NCBI GenBank assembly: GCA_043827405.1
Contig: JBDRPD010000004.1
Coordinates: 1 to 15,691 of the forward strand
Origin: Elusimicrobiota bacterium
GTDB taxonomy: Bacteria > Elusimicrobiota > Elusimicrobia > UBA1565
Length of the DNA: 15,691 nt
Direction: 5' to 3'
Part shown: piece after piece, positions 14,655 to 15,691 of the stretch
How the letters are laid out: each line of letters begins with the position of its first letter
Numbering within the stretch: the stretch's first letter is position 1
Position numbers and translations under genes: made by a program
Notes under the pieces: model-generated
Databases searched by the model: none
Seen by the model: only the letters and a program-made list of their open reading frames with translations
Told to the model about the DNA's origin: nothing

Positions 14655-15521
14655 CTAGGCCTTATCCGCGGTCGCGATGATATAGTCGAAGGCTCTCCAG
14701 CCGTCGGTATGCAGGATACTGCGCCGGCAGGCGGCAAGAAACAGCGGATCGACGCGCTGCTTGATGTCGGGCTCGTAGAGCCTCTTGCCCAGGAAAGACA
14801 CCAGCGGCGCGTAGACATAATCCCGAATCGATCGGATCTCGATATGGGTGAAGCCCGCCTCCTCAAGCTTGCGGTGATAGACGCTCCGGGTATACATATT
14901 TGCCAGCGGGATCTGCCAGAAGGAGCGCACGAAATACATCCCCAGCGAAAGCTCCAGGCTGAAGCCTTTGGCCGGCATGGGGATGACGTCGGCCGTCGCC
15001 AGCCGCCCGCCGCGCCGGAGAACGCGATAGGCTTCGCGGAAGAAGTCGGCACGGGTATTATAGTGGAAGGCTGTTTCCAGGGCGGTCACGCGGTCGAAGG
15101 TCCCGTCGGGCATCGGCATCTCGGTCGCTGAGCCGCGCAGCAGCTCGATGCGGTCCGCGAGACCGCGTTCACGGACGCGCTCGCGGGCCTTGTGCACCTG
15201 AGACGCGGTAATATTGAGCCCCACGATCTTGCGCAGGCCGAACTTCTCCGCCCAAAACATATCCTGATCGGCGAAGCCGAAGCCGACATCGAGCAGATCA
15301 AGACCGGGTCCGAGCCTCGCCGCCTGACCGAGCTTGAGAGCGAGCTTCTCACAGGCCTCGTCGTAGGTCTTTTCGCCGCCCTCCCAGTAGCCGAGATTCA
15401 GGTAGAGGCTCTTCTCCCCGAGGACATTGTGCGTCGAGAGGATGTCGTAGACGGCGGCGGGCTTAAGCCCTCCGGGAAGGAAAAGGGGGAGAATCCGCAG
15501 CGCATCGCTGATATAGCCCAT
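14655..15521 (-). CDS. Class I SAM-dependent methyltransferase, McyJ/EryG-like O-methyltransferase
   Basis: YLNLGYW, motif I LLDVGFGFADQD, GSATEMP...TFDRVTALETAFHYNTRADFFREAYRVLRRGGRL and C-terminal DYIIATADK. ATG 15521 is preferred over TTG 15527. Confidence 0.88.
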   Translation of the reverse strand: MGYISDALRILPLFLPGGLKPAAVYDILSTHNVLGEKSLYLNLGYWEGGEKTYDEACEKLALKLGQAARLGPGLDLLDVGFGFADQDMFWAEKFGLRKIVGLNITASQVHKARERVRERGLADRIELLRGSATEMPMPDGTFDRVTALETAFHYNTRADFFREAYRVLRRGGRLATADVIPMPAKGFSLELSLGMYFVRSFWQIPLANMYTRSVYHRKLEEAGFTHIEIRSIRDYVYAPLVSFLGKRLYEPDIKQRVDPLFLAACRRSILHTDGWRAFDYIIATADKA

Positions 15522-15691
15522 GCACAAGAGCTTATCTTATCTCCGCAGAAATACGACAATTTCAGCGTAGGTCCATAGGCCCAATTTAAGCCGGGCCTTT
15601 GGACACCTGTTATTATGCATCCGCCTGTTAACCTATCAGCGAACCTGTAATCCTAGGTCATGGTCCTAGGAGCATCCACCCCCGAACCAAT

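Noticed and set aside
1..15691. CRISPR array, tRNA/rRNA, IS or integrase, anti-phage system
   Set aside because: No regularly spaced repeats, cloverleaf or recombinase/nuclease motifs were seen, and the intergenic gaps are short and accounted for.

Overview
GC-rich bacterial chromosomal segment with no RNA genes, CRISPR array or transposase visible. It has four blocks. (1) 1-2946 (+): the 3' end of an Ig-repeat surface protein, followed by two overlapping type IV minor-pilin-like genes (a PilW-like protein rich in DxDGDG Ca2+-binding-type motifs and a PilX-like protein). (2) 3020-9080 (+): a probable five-gene operon encoding a stand-alone receiver protein, citrate synthase, a GcvT-family folate-binding protein and two paralogous phytoene-dehydrogenase-like (COG1233) flavoproteins. 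(3) 9107-14654: a divergent ion-homeostasis cassette, kup <- arsR | clc-CBS -> yfdX-like -> 54-aa CxxC..CxxC ORF missing from the ORF track, with two related AT-rich operator-like sites. (4) 14655-15521 (-): a McyJ/EryG-like SAM methyltransferase. The best candidates for undescribed systems are the GcvT + twin-flavoprotein triad (a hypothetical folate-coupled demethylase) and the Cys-less ArsR K+/Cl-/YfdX cassette, whose CLC has an atypical selectivity motif. All family calls come from motif recognition by eye; no searches were run.
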